Shown here one piece after another: positions 1 through 13,132 of a stretch of DNA of 64,000 bases. Position numbers and translations under genes: made by a program. The first letter of the stretch is position 1. The number at the start of each line of letters is the position of its first letter. Location: NCBI GenBank assembly GCA_964016885.1, contig OZ024746.1:68014001-68078000 (forward strand), given 5' to 3'. The DNA comes from Eledone cirrhosa. Taxonomy: Eukaryota. The notes beneath the pieces were generated by a model that was given only the letters and a program-made list of their open reading frames with translations, searched no databases and was not told the origin of the DNA.

Positions 1-386
1 GTTGGAGAAGCATTTATGAGGCAGTATTCTAGGGTCAGATACTCATCCTGGCATCAACATTTTAAGTTCAAACTTTTAGTCCACTGATTTTCACTCATTA
101 AACAGCTGAACTGTAGAATATAAATAACCATTACTACCAACACAGATGGTGCCAGCTATGAAGAGACAAACACCCACACACATATGAGGATCAGCTGAAA
201 TGTTTATAGGCTGACTATAAAGAAGTGATGGTGTGAAATCTCGCATGCATTAATTTCAACTCTATTAACAACTGCATTGTTTCTTTCCAGGGACTATGTT
301 GAAAAATAAACCTCATTTGGTCATTCCATGAGAGTATCTTGGTCAGCCTAAAAGTTTTTCAGCCGAGCCTCATAAATACATGTGTG

Positions 387-433
<47 letters not shown>

Positions 434-454
434 TGTGATGATGATGACATACAA

Positions 455-605
455 TGGGCTTCTATACGATTTCTGGCTTCCAAATTTACTCACACATCAT
501 TAAGTAGACTTAATGTTATAGTAGAAGACACTTGCCCAATGTGACACACAAGTGGGATAGAACTATATGCTCATGCGGAAAACTTCTTAACCACACACTC
601 CTACA
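455..605 (-). mobile_element. Old tRNA/CORE-type SINE (family S3)
   Basis: TAGTAGAAGACACTTGCCCAA...AGTGGGA..GAAC...CTTCTTAACCACAC; further copies ~6095-6190, 42145-42300, 52260-52400, 56740-56880. Confidence 0.7.
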
Positions 606-802
606 TGTGCCTACAGCTATGCCAGGTATTTTGTTTCTTCCATTTATGTCCTAAATTTGAATCGTAACTAGGTCAAATTTACCTTTCCTCGTCCCAAAAT
701 TGATAAAATAATTATGACGAATTACAGAGGTCGATACAATTGAGTAAAACATTTGAAGTGCACCAGCATAGCCACAGCCAGGTGAATGAAATCATAAAAA
801 AA

Positions 803-1122
803 AATGACGAGTTGAGAAAGAAACTGGGTATAAGTGGGATAAGTTGTGGTGTGCAGGAGAGAAGGCTGAGGTGGTATGGACATGTGATGCGCATCGAGGA
901 TGACCACTGGGTAAAGAAGTGCCAAGAAATCTCAGTAGAAGGAAGACGCAGTAGAGGTAGATCACGTAAAACACGGGTGGAGGTGGTGAGAGCAGACCTC
1001 AGATCGCTGAAACTCACCGAGGAGATGACGAAGGACCGTGACAAGTGGAGAGATGCTGTGCTGAATAGGACCCGTTCAACCCTTGCAAGCGGGGAAAAGC
1101 GGGCGTAAAATGATGATGATGA
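803..1122 (+). mobile_element. RTE-clade LINE family A, 3' fragment
   Basis: ELRKKLGISGISCGVQERRLRWYGHVMRIEDDHWVKKCQEISVEGRRSRGR...WRDAV; ends GGGCGTAAAA(TGA)n tail. Confidence 0.9.
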
Positions 1123-4100
1123 ATGGTAACACATTGCTCCAGCAAACCAAAGGTGTGGGTTCATGTCCCATGTACGTCAATACTCATCCTTTTTTCCATT
1201 CAGAGGGTTTTTTAAAATCTCAACTAACAGACTAATTCTATTTAGTCAAATACAGCGTAATCACATGTTACTATCTAATTTTCAGCTTTAGATATATTTG
1301 TGAAGGTGTGTGTCTTGGTGGTTAGAGAATTGGTTTCACAATTGCAAGTTTGATTTCTGGGCCAAGCAATGTTATGTCCTTGAGCAAGACACTTTATTTC
1401 ATGTTACTCTTTCTGCTAGGAGTTGTAACTGGTAGATAGTATCAGCAATAGAAAGACCAATGAAAACATTGTTTCCTTGATCCAATTTGACAACTTGGTT
1501 CCACCCAACCAAGTTCCACCCAACTTGGTAAGCAATTGAGATCTGGGATCTTGTTTTTTTTTCTTCTTCAGATCATGTAATTGAATGAAGAGAATTGTAT
1601 TTCAAGAAACCTGATGAAGATGAAACATTCTGAAACACTGCAATGAAAACTAGTTGAAAATGAATCAATTATATAGCATTGAATTGAGAGAATTTCTTAT
1701 CTCACCATATAAGACATGAGTTTTCCAGTAGTATTAAATGATGATGTTTTATACAGTAAATTCAATAACCTTCTATCTACCTTACCAGTTTTATAAAAAG
1801 TATGAGTAATTAACAAATTTAGAATGTAGAAAACGTTTGTAAACTGAGAAATAGTATCATTGGTAATCAATTTTATTCAAACATGTTTTTTTGTTACAAA
1901 TTGTTAAAACTGATATTTTTTTATAATTGAATTTAGAGTACTGGTGCAGAAATACCTGGAATTAAAATTTGAACTTTAACCAAAACATAAAAATAAACAA
2001 AAGTGTTTTGAATTCAAATTGAAATTCGTGTTTTTAGTTGAATTGTGTTTTAAGTTTTGATTCCAATTTCAGTTTTTAAATATCTCTGTAATGTATCATG
2101 CATGTGAGGAATCAATATTCTTACTCCATTTGCCTTTCAATAGCTGTTTTTATTTTTAATTATTTATTACAGTTTAATCAGGAAAAGAAAGGAAATGATC
2201 ATGACTGATCCCTTTTCAGGACCTTCAAGACTGAGGAGATGGGAGAAAAGTATCCTGAAACTGGAGACCTGGCCTGAATGCTTGCAGCAGAATAGACTTT
2301 ACAAAAGGCATCCAAGGGTTTTATAGTGATGGTGAACTGTGTAACAGACTATATCTGCCACCAAAATAGGCTAAAGCAGAATTTGAGCTTATAATGAAGA
2401 AATATCACAAAGCAGACACTAACAATTTCACCAATTCTAAAGTACCTTAAACTGGTAAAATGATAAAAGGCAAAGTTGTCCTAGTTAGGATTTAAATTCA
2501 GGCCACAGGGAGCCAGAGCAAATACTGTGAAATATAGTCTGGCGACTCTACCAATGCATTACTATACCAATTTACTGACCGTTGTATCAGCTATTTTTCT
2601 CCAAAGTATCCAAAATATAGGATCTTTCCATCCTCATGAATAATCAACTCACTATAATTTTTTTCTACCATCTTGCATATATTTTCACTACATATTCTTT
2701 CATTGGGTAGTATATATTTAATTGTTGCAATTGTCATCTTCAAAAGTAATTTGATTTGTGAAAATGGAAGCCACACATTTATAGAATTAGAATCTGTTGA
2801 GACTTCAAAAGCCTCTGTAATAACTATTTTTATTAATTATATCTAAAGACATGTCGCAATAAATTTGTATTATTCCAAGAGCTTCTACTTCTTTTATAGA
2901 CAATCACGTTAACACTAATTTTATTTTCTCTTCAGAAGTTCGTATAACTTTTATCTATTAATGCTTTCAGCTGAAATACCTTCTGCTATCTTTAGTAACA
3001 CACAAGAAATTCCCATTGGACATAGAAATTAATTATTCATGCTCAAGCCTGGAAGGATAACATGTCTTTAAAACATCATCTAAATAACAAGGAAAACTCT
3101 CATAAAATTACTAGTCTGAGGATAACTCATACAAACTTAGTTTAAGTCTTTCCTCAGTAAGAAGAACAACTGCTTTCATGTTTCAATTTAATTTTTATAA
3201 CCAACACATTTATCACACAAATTAAATTTCAGAATATTTTCTTTTTAAGTAAGAAAGACACTTCGAATATAAACAAGCAGCAAACACAGCACTAAATATA
3301 AGAAAATAAAGGTGCAGTTAATCTGAATGGTGGAATTCTTAACCAAAATAAATTAATACAAGTATATCATGAATAGCAAAACTGATATCAGAAGTTTGAA
3401 ATAAAATTTACAGGCATAGCTGTGTGATTAAGATGTTTGCTTTACAACATGGTTCCAAGTGCAATCTTTGGACATGTGTCTTCTACCATAGTCTTCAGTT
3501 GGCCAATAGCTTCTGATTGTAATTTTGGAGACAGAAATTGTGTAGAAGTCCATCATATAAATATTGTGTGCATGTGTATGGTTTGCCAATATGCATTGGT
3601 AAAGGGTATACATATTGGTGAGGAGATCAAAGAAGTGGTGCCTTTTTAACAAAGTCTTTTACTATATTTATTTTACACTGAGTTCTAAATACTCCCTCAT
3701 CACTCTCACCACAGCAAGAAAGTAAACGAGATTGGTCAATCAAAAACTCACATACAATGAGGCTAGTGTAATATAATTTAGTTTTTCAATTATTAATTAG
3801 TAGGAGAGAGGACAGTGCCATAACTTTTATATTCCTTGCCATACTAGTGATACTGCTATTGTTGTTGTTGGACAACTTCATATCAATCAGGAGTTGGGAC
3901 ATTTTTAGGATACTGTTTAAAATGTTTGGCTGTGCAACAGCAACACCGTTTTGAGTTGATAAACTTTTTGATAAAATGTAACTTTACGATTCAATAAATA
4001 AAGATCAATAAAATATGTCCGTCAATGAAATATACATTGGAGTTGATACCATTGGGAAAAACACTTGAAAGTGGCTGCAGTCAAATTACTGAAACCAGTA

Positions 4101-5679
4101 AAAGAATATGAATAATGCATGGATCTTACTACAAAAAATCTTAACATATTAGTCTAAGTTATATTTATTAACAGAGGAAGCAACATTTTAGGTTAAACTT
4201 TAGATATCCATGCTACAGAGATATATGATTGGTTGAGAAGATACATATTTAGGACTTCATTACAACTTTGAGATGACTACATAATTTAACTTGCTCCAGT
4301 TTGTCTGAGTGAGATTTTAAACTTCAGAGTTGACTGGTGAACTGCATTGAAGTCAGTCAGCTATAAATTTTGAAATGCACAAGTTTGCAAAACCCATTCC
4401 CACATGTGCGTGGGAAGGTTTTTTGCAAACATTTGCATTAACAAGGGAATATGGATTATGAATATAAAACAAAAAAAGTTTTAAAATTGCAGTAAAGTAT
4501 CTATGTCACATATTTTTGTTAGTTTTGTAAAGAAAGATTTTATTTTATATGGTTGCTCTTATAATCGGTGAAAAAAACCAATGAGCATTCATAAAGCTCT
4601 GCCTTTGACAGTTAGATAAAGTAATTAAAAGAAGAATCATGATGTCTGACATATGGAACAACTTTATTGATTTAACATAATGCAATGATAATTAGAAGGC
4701 AATATAGGTTAGAGGTACAGATTCATAAATGTAACTAACAATGATTGCAAGGAGAAAGTAATGGAGGACGAGGAGAAGGAAAAAGAGATAGAAAGTAGAG
4801 AAAGAAAACAATTTTAAATAAAAAATAAAAAAGTCTTCATCACCCTCACTAACAACAATAATAACAAAAGAAATATTAAGAGATTAAAACAGGCAGCTTG
4901 GCTTTAAATAAAAGCTGTAATGAAAACTGATTTGAGAAATGTTTTGAAGAGAAGGAAAAAAGGAATACTGGTGGGAGGCTATATATTTATATATATAAAT
5001 ATGTATATATATATATAGAGAGAGATAGAGAGAGAGACAGAGAGGGAGTGTGTGTGACCCAATGACAGAGAGAGGAAATAATTACTGAATAGAATTTAAG
5101 GGTTAATGGTATTTATTTTTTAAAAAAATGAGATTAAAAAATCGTTAGATTCTAAACAAATTTCTTGAGATTATGCAGAAAGATAAGACTTCTGTTTCAA
5201 AATATGAAATTTAAAAAAATGTTTTGGAAAAAAAAAATATCTAAAAAAAAAAATGCAATGCTGCAAAAGAAATACTAAAAAAATAAACAAGAAAATTATT
5301 TCCTGAAAATTTTGTTTTCCCAGCAAATATGTTTATTTTATTTTTCCAAAGATAATTCTTTGTAACGTATTTTTGGAGTCTAGTTCTAATTGTTTTTATT
5401 TCCTATATAAAATATACAGCAAATTCACGTCAATGTGTATGTATGTATCCATCCATCCAGCCGCAGCCTCTGCCACAACCACCACCATCATCATCATCAT
5501 CCTCATCATCATTTAACATCTATCTTCCACGCTAGCATGGGTTAGCCCACTTAAGGCAAGAGTGATTGGGTGACCATGTCTCGCTCATATAGGACTATCA
5601 GACAGGTTTTCTATGGCTGGATGCCCTTCTAACACCAACCACATTTACAGTGTGAACTGGGAGCCTTTTTACCCTGTTT

Positions 5680-5681
<2 letters not shown>

Positions 5682-5760
<79 letters not shown>
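5682..5760. repeat. Compound (TA)n(GT)n microsatellite
   Basis: Direct inspection. Confidence 0.95.
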
Positions 5761-5762
<2 letters not shown>

Positions 5763-7517
5763 ATGTAATACAAGCAAAATATATAAGTTATTATTATCAT
5801 TATTTTCTGTTAATCTATAATAGCTTCAGCTAGACAGAACATTTTCTAGGCAGAAATGTACATCTGGACACCAGCCTTCACTTTTTTTAAAGTAAGTTAT
5901 TTCATACATCAAATGGTTGAGCTGAAGGACTTCTTTTTATACAATACATAACAAAATGTTACTTTCTGTGCAAGCTATGTCAAATGTGAATATACAGAGA
6001 TATGTGCACATAGGTACAGACCTATGTATATATGTCAGGTTTACTTAAAATTTCTATTTACTTCATTCATTGATAATGCATCAATCAACCTACGCCTATA
6101 GTAGAAGACACTTGCACAAGAAGTGATGCAGTGGGATAGAACCAGGAAGCATGCATTAGGAAGCAAACTTCTTAACAACACAGTTATTTCTGCATCTCAT
6201 TTAGTGAAAAATCATCAAAATTAGTCAATAGCTAATTTTCAATTTTCCAGCAAGCAATGACACAAGTCTAAACATTTTCCTGTTATAGTCTTATACTGAC
6301 CTCATCAGTGAAACATAGCATTCACAATACTAGCTGAAGTAGTGATGAATGGATCACTATGTAAGGATACAAAATGTATATATAATTTATTGTTTCATTT
6401 CTTTGCAACGTTAATATAATGGAAATGGTGGTAATTTTTGTAGGAAAAGGTTAAACTTTATGTATTTGTTTAATTTAACATTCAAGTTTTGTAAGAATTT
6501 TAAAGATTTTTTGGCAGCATTTATATAACTATCTTTATATGAGAATCTTGTCATATTTTCTCCTTGTCAATCTTTAAGTTTCAGTATTTTTTTATCAGTA
6601 CACCCAATAAAGAAGTAATAGATGGGAATTATTTGATAGTAATTTTTCCACTTTTGAATCATATTTTCAAACAATTGAAAGTTACTACACTAATTACCAA
6701 TACTACAAACTTAAAATATGATTATTTAAGAACATTTTTTTGTCTCCTTATCTCCAACAAAAGTAATAATGTAAAAAAAAACCAAAAAAACCCCAGAAAA
6801 GCTGGTTGTGTAATATTTTTATTTATTTATTTAGTAGAAATAATGTTGAACAGGTATTCATAAAAAAATTAATTTAAAATGAAACAACATTTTTATATTT
6901 TTTGTGAAAATATCAATCATGAGGCACTGAACATTAAGTAACACATTGTCTAATCATTAGAGACAGGAAATTGGACTGTAAAGTAGCAATTATGATCATT
7001 TAAATAGCCATTATGTACTGTTCACACATCTTTTTCTTCACGTTAAGCTTGTAGCAATTTTGTTTGTAATTGTAATTACCAATTATGTTAATATAGTATT
7101 TAAACTTTAATAGCATGATTCTGAATGTTTAAAGAAATAACAAAGGCAAAAGAACCTTCAGGTGTTTGGAACTGAAGATGCAGTAAATTACTATCATTAA
7201 CAGGTACAGATTTGGCTATGGAATGGAAAATTTCACTTTACAACCATAGGCATTTTAGGTTCATTCCATTGCATAACCCCTTAGACAGACGGATGACTTC
7301 CATTATAAACTTAAGTAAGCAGCACCATTTGTTTGTGTTCCATAAACAGTATGCCTCATATTTTAGTGATTTGATGAAAATCAATGGAATATGGAATACT
7401 TAAAAATAAAGTATGAGTTAGCATCAAGGAGGTTATCTGGCCATATACTACTGTCTCAAAAATCTCTCATCCAACCCATGCCAGCATGAAAATATGAACA
7501 TAAAAACAATGATCACA

Positions 7518-7750
7518 GCAAAAAGCACCCAGCCCACACTGTAAAGTGGACATGTAAAAGACATGCCAAAAAGCACCCAGCACACACTGTCAATGTGGTT
7601 GGCATTAGGAAGGGCATCCAGCCATAGAAAACCCGCCAGAAACACTCCTATATGAGCGAGACATGGTCTCCCGACCCAACTTGCCTCTAAATGGGACAAA
7701 CCCGTCTAACCCATGTAAGTGTGGAAGATAGACGTTAATCGATGATGAGG
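7518..7750 (+). mobile_element. S2/RTE-B 3' body fragment
   Basis: Two AAAAGCACCCAG units, GGAAGGGCATCCAGC, ACCCGTCTAACCCATG, GAT tail; related fragments at ~5490-5670 (-), 46765-46960 (-). Confidence 0.8.
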
Positions 7751-10356
7751 ATCAATATAGAAATTACTATCCACATGTTATTAGTACATGATGGGTTCAT
7801 TGCTACTGAGATAAAGTTGCTTTCTGAAAACTTGTCACGTTTAGACCAATCAATATCACTGTTAAACTTTTCTTTACAATATTTCTAATTAAAGAAAGAT
7901 ACATTTTGAAAATATTCGACAATTTTGATGGATTAAGTAATAAAACTAATTTTCTCATTATTAAGCTGATGTTTACAACTTAATCTAACAAAGTTTCTAA
8001 TACAAAATTAAGATGCAAAGTTTTTAGAGAGAAATAAAAACTTTAAAACAAACAGTTGTTTTTTCTTTTATCATGGTACTAGGAGCAGTGTCAGGTATTG
8101 AAAGCATTAAGCTGTCTTAGGTCACTGCTGATGTCAAAGAGTTTATTTTTTGCCTGTCTCTGGGGGAAATGCCATCTGCCTGTAAGACTCTACAATAATA
8201 AAGGAAAATACTGCAGGTATCCAAACCCAGTTTCAGCAATTCTACCATACTTTACTTTGTTATCATTCAATCATATTCTAATTCATTATTTTGTAATGAA
8301 TGCAGGCATTGCAGGAAACTTTGAGTTCAATTATATTTCGTAACATCTTGAGCAAGTTTCTTTACTTAAGCCTCAGGTCAACCTGTACCTTGTGTGTAAA
8401 ATTAGGTAGATAGAAAATGTGTGGGAGCCCATCAGGTTGATTGTAGCTTTAATCTAAATGTCTATACTCGAATATAAGCCTTTCCAAACCAAAGTTACCC
8501 CCCCACATCACCTCACCCTATTTCATGTTTGAGAAATGGGAAAACATCCAAACCTCATTTATAAGCCAAGACAGCTAAACAACTATATGCTGAGCCCCCA
8601 TTTTATCATCAATTTTTTGGTCATACATTCCTCGGCTTATATTCAAGTATATACAGTAATTATTTTAAAAAGTATCATGAAAGGTAATTACTTGCCAAAA
8701 TTAATTGCAATGGGAAAAGGTTGTGAACAATTGATATGTAGGGTAAAATCTCGAATCTGAGAAACTTGGTGAATCATCGGAAACAAGTATTTCATAGGAG
8801 AGTTTCTAGAAATGTTAGCAACTCTGCTATGAATATGTGTTTGTGCATGTGCATGCATTGATGTATGTCCTTAATGTAATATGAATTTTCTTTGCTCACA
8901 TGATAAACCCAGTTTAATACCACCACCTGTGTCTTGGATGCTTTTAATAAAATCTGTTCTGTTACAAGTATTCAAACCAGGTCTCTGATCCGGGAAGAAC
9001 TTTCTCCTAACAACATTTGTCTAAGAAGCCCTAAAACATATTAAGGGTGTTACTCATTATCTGCTGAAAGACAACTCCCTCCACATACTTGAAATTTGTT
9101 AAATTTTAGTTCTAAAATTATAAACTAGTGATTTCATGAAATTGTTTTGTTAGAGTGCTAGTGTTGTTTGGAGAACTTTACTGAAAATACGACAGACGAG
9201 AGTTTGGTTTTGGCTTCAGAGAAAATAGATAGAATAGTGAAAATATCAGATGGTAGAGAAAAATATACACCTTTTACTAATCCGATGTAGGATGATGATA
9301 TAGATGGTTACAAAATCTGATCATTAGATATAGTAAAGGCTAAACTAAACCAGGACTGAAAAACAGTCAATCATGAAAACAAGTATGATGGTGATTATGT
9401 TTATATTTTCAGCATACAAAAGTTGGAGAATAATGAAGGAAATAATGGTGTAAAATAAAGAAGCCAGGAAAGAACAGAAATCCAGCAAAGAATGAAAAGA
9501 TAATATAGGAAATCAATATTGAATAAGTTATTATTTCTCTTCTCTCCCCACAATCTGATCTTGTTCAGCTGTTGTTGAAGAGAATGGTGCTTGTAATTCA
9601 AACATGATAATGTTGTTTAAACTTTGTGGCATACAATAAGTTTCCACCTGTATTAGATTCTGACAATCTAAAAAGCTATAAACAATATGTTTTTATGTAG
9701 CCATTGTAAGTACAACAAAATTATACATAACTTACAAATGTATGCATTCTATAGAAGCAAACTTCATTAAATCTCTATGTCAAAATTTGGAAATTGCTTT
9801 CCAATATATAAAGATTCTATTTCCAACTAAGAAGTATTGTTGTTACTGAATCTAAAATATCCGTATGATATTCAAGAAAAAAAAAATGTCCCCTTTAAAT
9901 GTACTATCTATTCAAAACTCTCATGACTGGGTTATGATAGAATCAGAGATTAATTTGTTTTTTATTTAATACTAAATAGCCCCCTGAGCTGAAAAGCCAA
10001 TATCTGCTTAGTTTAAAACAGAATTGTACCAAAAATAATCTTCTAGGCTCTCGTGCGTTTAAAAAATATAAAAGTATGATAAATAAATGTATGATAAATA
10101 TAAATATAAACTACTGTAAGAAAATATAAATATAAAAATGTATTGTAAGGAAAATTAATAAAATAAATATTTATCGGAGGCACTTTATGTTTCAGTCAAA
10201 GCAGAAATGGTTGGTTGCATTAATTTACAGTAAGAATTATTTAAGAAAACATTTACACAAAAAAAAGAATTCAAAGAATAATATATATATATACATACAT
10301 ATATACACATGTACACACACACACGCATATATATATATATATATATATAGAATATA

Positions 10357-11413
10357 CACAAATGCAAACAATGGGTACACAAGAGATGTAGCGGGATCTC
10401 AGGAAGCTTAATTAAGAATGTAGGCTTCACATGTAGCAGCTGTGCTGGGACAGCAAACAGCAAACAGCCACAGGAAACAAGTACCACCAATCTCTGGGAG
10501 GGCTCTGTAGAAACAGTAGACAGCTTCTGCTACCTAGGTGACCAAATTAGCAGCGGAGGTGGGTGTTCAGAAAGTACAATAACTAGGGTAAGAACGGGAT
10601 GGAAGAAGTTCAGGGAACTAATGCCACTGCTAGCTGCAAAAGGCTTCTCCCTCAAAATGAAAGGCAGACTGTATGATGCGTGTATCCGAACAGCAATGTT
10701 ACATGGTAGTGAGACCTGGGCGCTGAAGGTGGAAGACTTACGTAGATTAGAAAGAAACGAAGCCTGCATTCTCCGATGGATGTGTAATAGTAATATACGC
10801 GAACGGCAAAGCATAAATGAATTGAGAGAGAGACTGAGCATAAGAGGAATCAAATGCTGTGTGCAGGAGAGGCGGTTGTGTTGGTATGGACATGTGATGT
10901 GTATGAAGGATGACAGCTGCATAAAAAGGTGCAGAGCACTAGAAGTCAATGGAAACCGCAGAGTGGGGAGACCCAAGAAGACCTGGGATGAGGTGATAAA
11001 GGCCGACCTTACCAAATTACACCTCTCAAAGGCAATGACACACGACCGTGACCTCTGGCGTCACGCAGTAATACAGAGTACCCGACCTCCCATGGGTACA
11101 AGCTGAAGCATATAGACAATATGCCCCCACACCCACCCACTGCGAAGTGGTCGTGGAGGTGCCACGGCAAAAAAGCACCCAGCCCACACTGTAAAGTGGA
11201 CATGTAGGCGCCACAAAAAAAAAAGCACCCAGCAGTCACTGTAAATGAGGTTGGTTAGGAAGGGCATCCAGCTGTAGAAATCAAGCCAAAATCAGTTCCT
11301 GTATGAGCAAGGCATGGTTAGCCGACCAGACACTGCCCACAGCAGGACAACCCGTCTAACCCATGCTAGCATGAAAGAACGGACGTAAAACGGTGATGAT
11401 GATGATGATGATG
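10357..11413 (+). mobile_element. RTE-clade LINE family B, 5'-truncated, with ~300-bp SINE-like 3' UTR
   Basis: ORF to 11106 (LHGSETWAL, RRLCWYGHV, GRPKKTW); 3' UTR with AAGCACCCAG units and GGAAGGGCATCCAGC; (GAT)n tail; starts next to a TA tract; near-identical to the 3' part of 13133-15316. Confidence 0.92.
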
Positions 11414-12614
11414 ACACACATGTACATACACACACACATATATAAAGTGTTTCCAACTCCTACTCCATGACCATACAGAAAATAAATGAAAACAAAACAA
11501 CATGATGAGTTAGAATTTCAGCAGTTAGTCAATAACTTTGGAACCAGAATCAATGATGAGAAGAACTAATGACATGAAAAGCAATTGTTTTTATTAGTGC
11601 CTTTTGAATCAAATGACTGGAAGGTATTTCTAATGTTATTACACACATTATACTTGTAAAGAATGACTTGTATGGTCATTTGTTATCTTTATGGTTACGT
11701 TTATTGACTAATTCAGCAGGGAACTGAACATTTTTTTGGCTATAGTATTTCTTCCCATTTTCCATAAATATACTTGGCACATTTCCGTCGATAGCAAAGA
11801 ATATGACTGTCACTGAAGCCAATCAAGTGAAACTATACTTAGGATGTGGACTGAGAAAGAAAAAAAAAAAAAAACTATTATAGCAGAGAAAATTACATCT
11901 CAGGGAATAAAGAAAATTTCATATGGTTATTGGCAGCAATTTTTCTAGAGATGGATAGTGTTAAAGTTGTTGTTAATCATAGCGAGTGACTTGATTGTAA
12001 ATAATAATAAGAATTCAACAGAAATAAATGAATTTATAAGAATCTAAGAACATTTTCGTAAAACAACATTAATTTTTAATGAGATGTTATGATAGTTACA
12101 AAAAGTGTTTTCGTGTGGAAATAATGACTGATATTTAATTTGGGAGTATTTAGATGCATTTTTGGTAGATTGCAAAGTAATTACTCTCAATATTACCAGA
12201 TAATAACGTAAATTAAGATGGTTTGTAAACCCTTCCTTTGTCAGTCTTTTTTCTTCCTCAGTTCTCAATATCTTTGAATATCTAACCCATTCTAGCATGG
12301 AAAATGGACGTTAAACGAAGATGATGATGATGTTGATGATCTGAATGTTACCTATTAGCAAGCTAAAATTTCTCTAGCCTTAGTAGTTAAAGAAATAATG
12401 GCTAGGGCAGTGGATTTATGGAATCGTTAGTATATCAAATAAAATGCATTGCAGTATTTTGTTACAGCCTTCTACATTTTGTGTTTAAATCCTTTCATGG
12501 TCATCTTTGCTTTTCATCCTTCTGGGATCACTAAAATAAAGAAATTGAATTTTCCCATTCTCCACAAATTTCTGAACTTGTGCCTAAATTAACAATCATT
12601 ATACTGAATAGGTA

Positions 12615-12801
12615 GGGCGATGGATTGGCAGTATCGGTAGAGGGTCGGACGCCATGCTTTGATGCGTAGAGTTACGGCCCTTGCCATTCTGAGTTCAAAT
12701 CCCGCCGAGGTTAACTTTGCCTTTCATCCTTACGAGGTCGATAAAATAAAGTACCAGTAATACACTGGGTAATTGCTGGCCTTGTGCCAAAAGTAGAAAC
12801 A
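12615..12801 (+). mobile_element. tRNA-derived SINE (family S1), young copy with 17-bp TSD
   Basis: TGGCAGTATCGG A-box-like, GAGTTCAAATCC B box; TSD ATTATACTGAATAGGTA at 12598-12614 and 12802-12818; an older copy lies immediately upstream (~12405-12597). Confidence 0.9.
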
Positions 12802-13132
12802 ATTATACTGAATAGGTAACGTATTTTTACTTCTCCTGTGTATCAGTTATTCTGTCTCTTCAAAAACCTACATATATGACTGACTCTTTCCTCTGCTGTA
12901 TGTGAAAAGTGAATAGAAAGCGATATCAAAGTCTCTTGTGGTTTTGCTTATTCTATCCTCTTTTGTCTCTCTTATTCTGTCTCTCACTACTTGATTTAGA
13001 ACAAATGACTTGAATATAAGAAAATGATTATTTATCATTCTGTTAAATTGCTCAGATGAAGCATAATGAATCAGAAACAAGATCGTTTGCAAATACAAGT
13101 TTCTAAACATATTAAGTCAAATTGAATTTGAC

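Noticed and set aside
1598-1662. CTGATGA...GAAAACTAGTT hammerhead candidate
   Set aside because: No stem II and no valid NUH with proper stem I register.
2225-2275. CTGAGGA...GAAACTGG candidate
   Set aside because: No UH cleavage site and no stem I.
6262-6318. Hammerhead-like CTGATGA-GGTC..GACT..GAAA on minus strand
   Set aside because: Extra bases before GAAA and no convincing stem I; at most a fossil.
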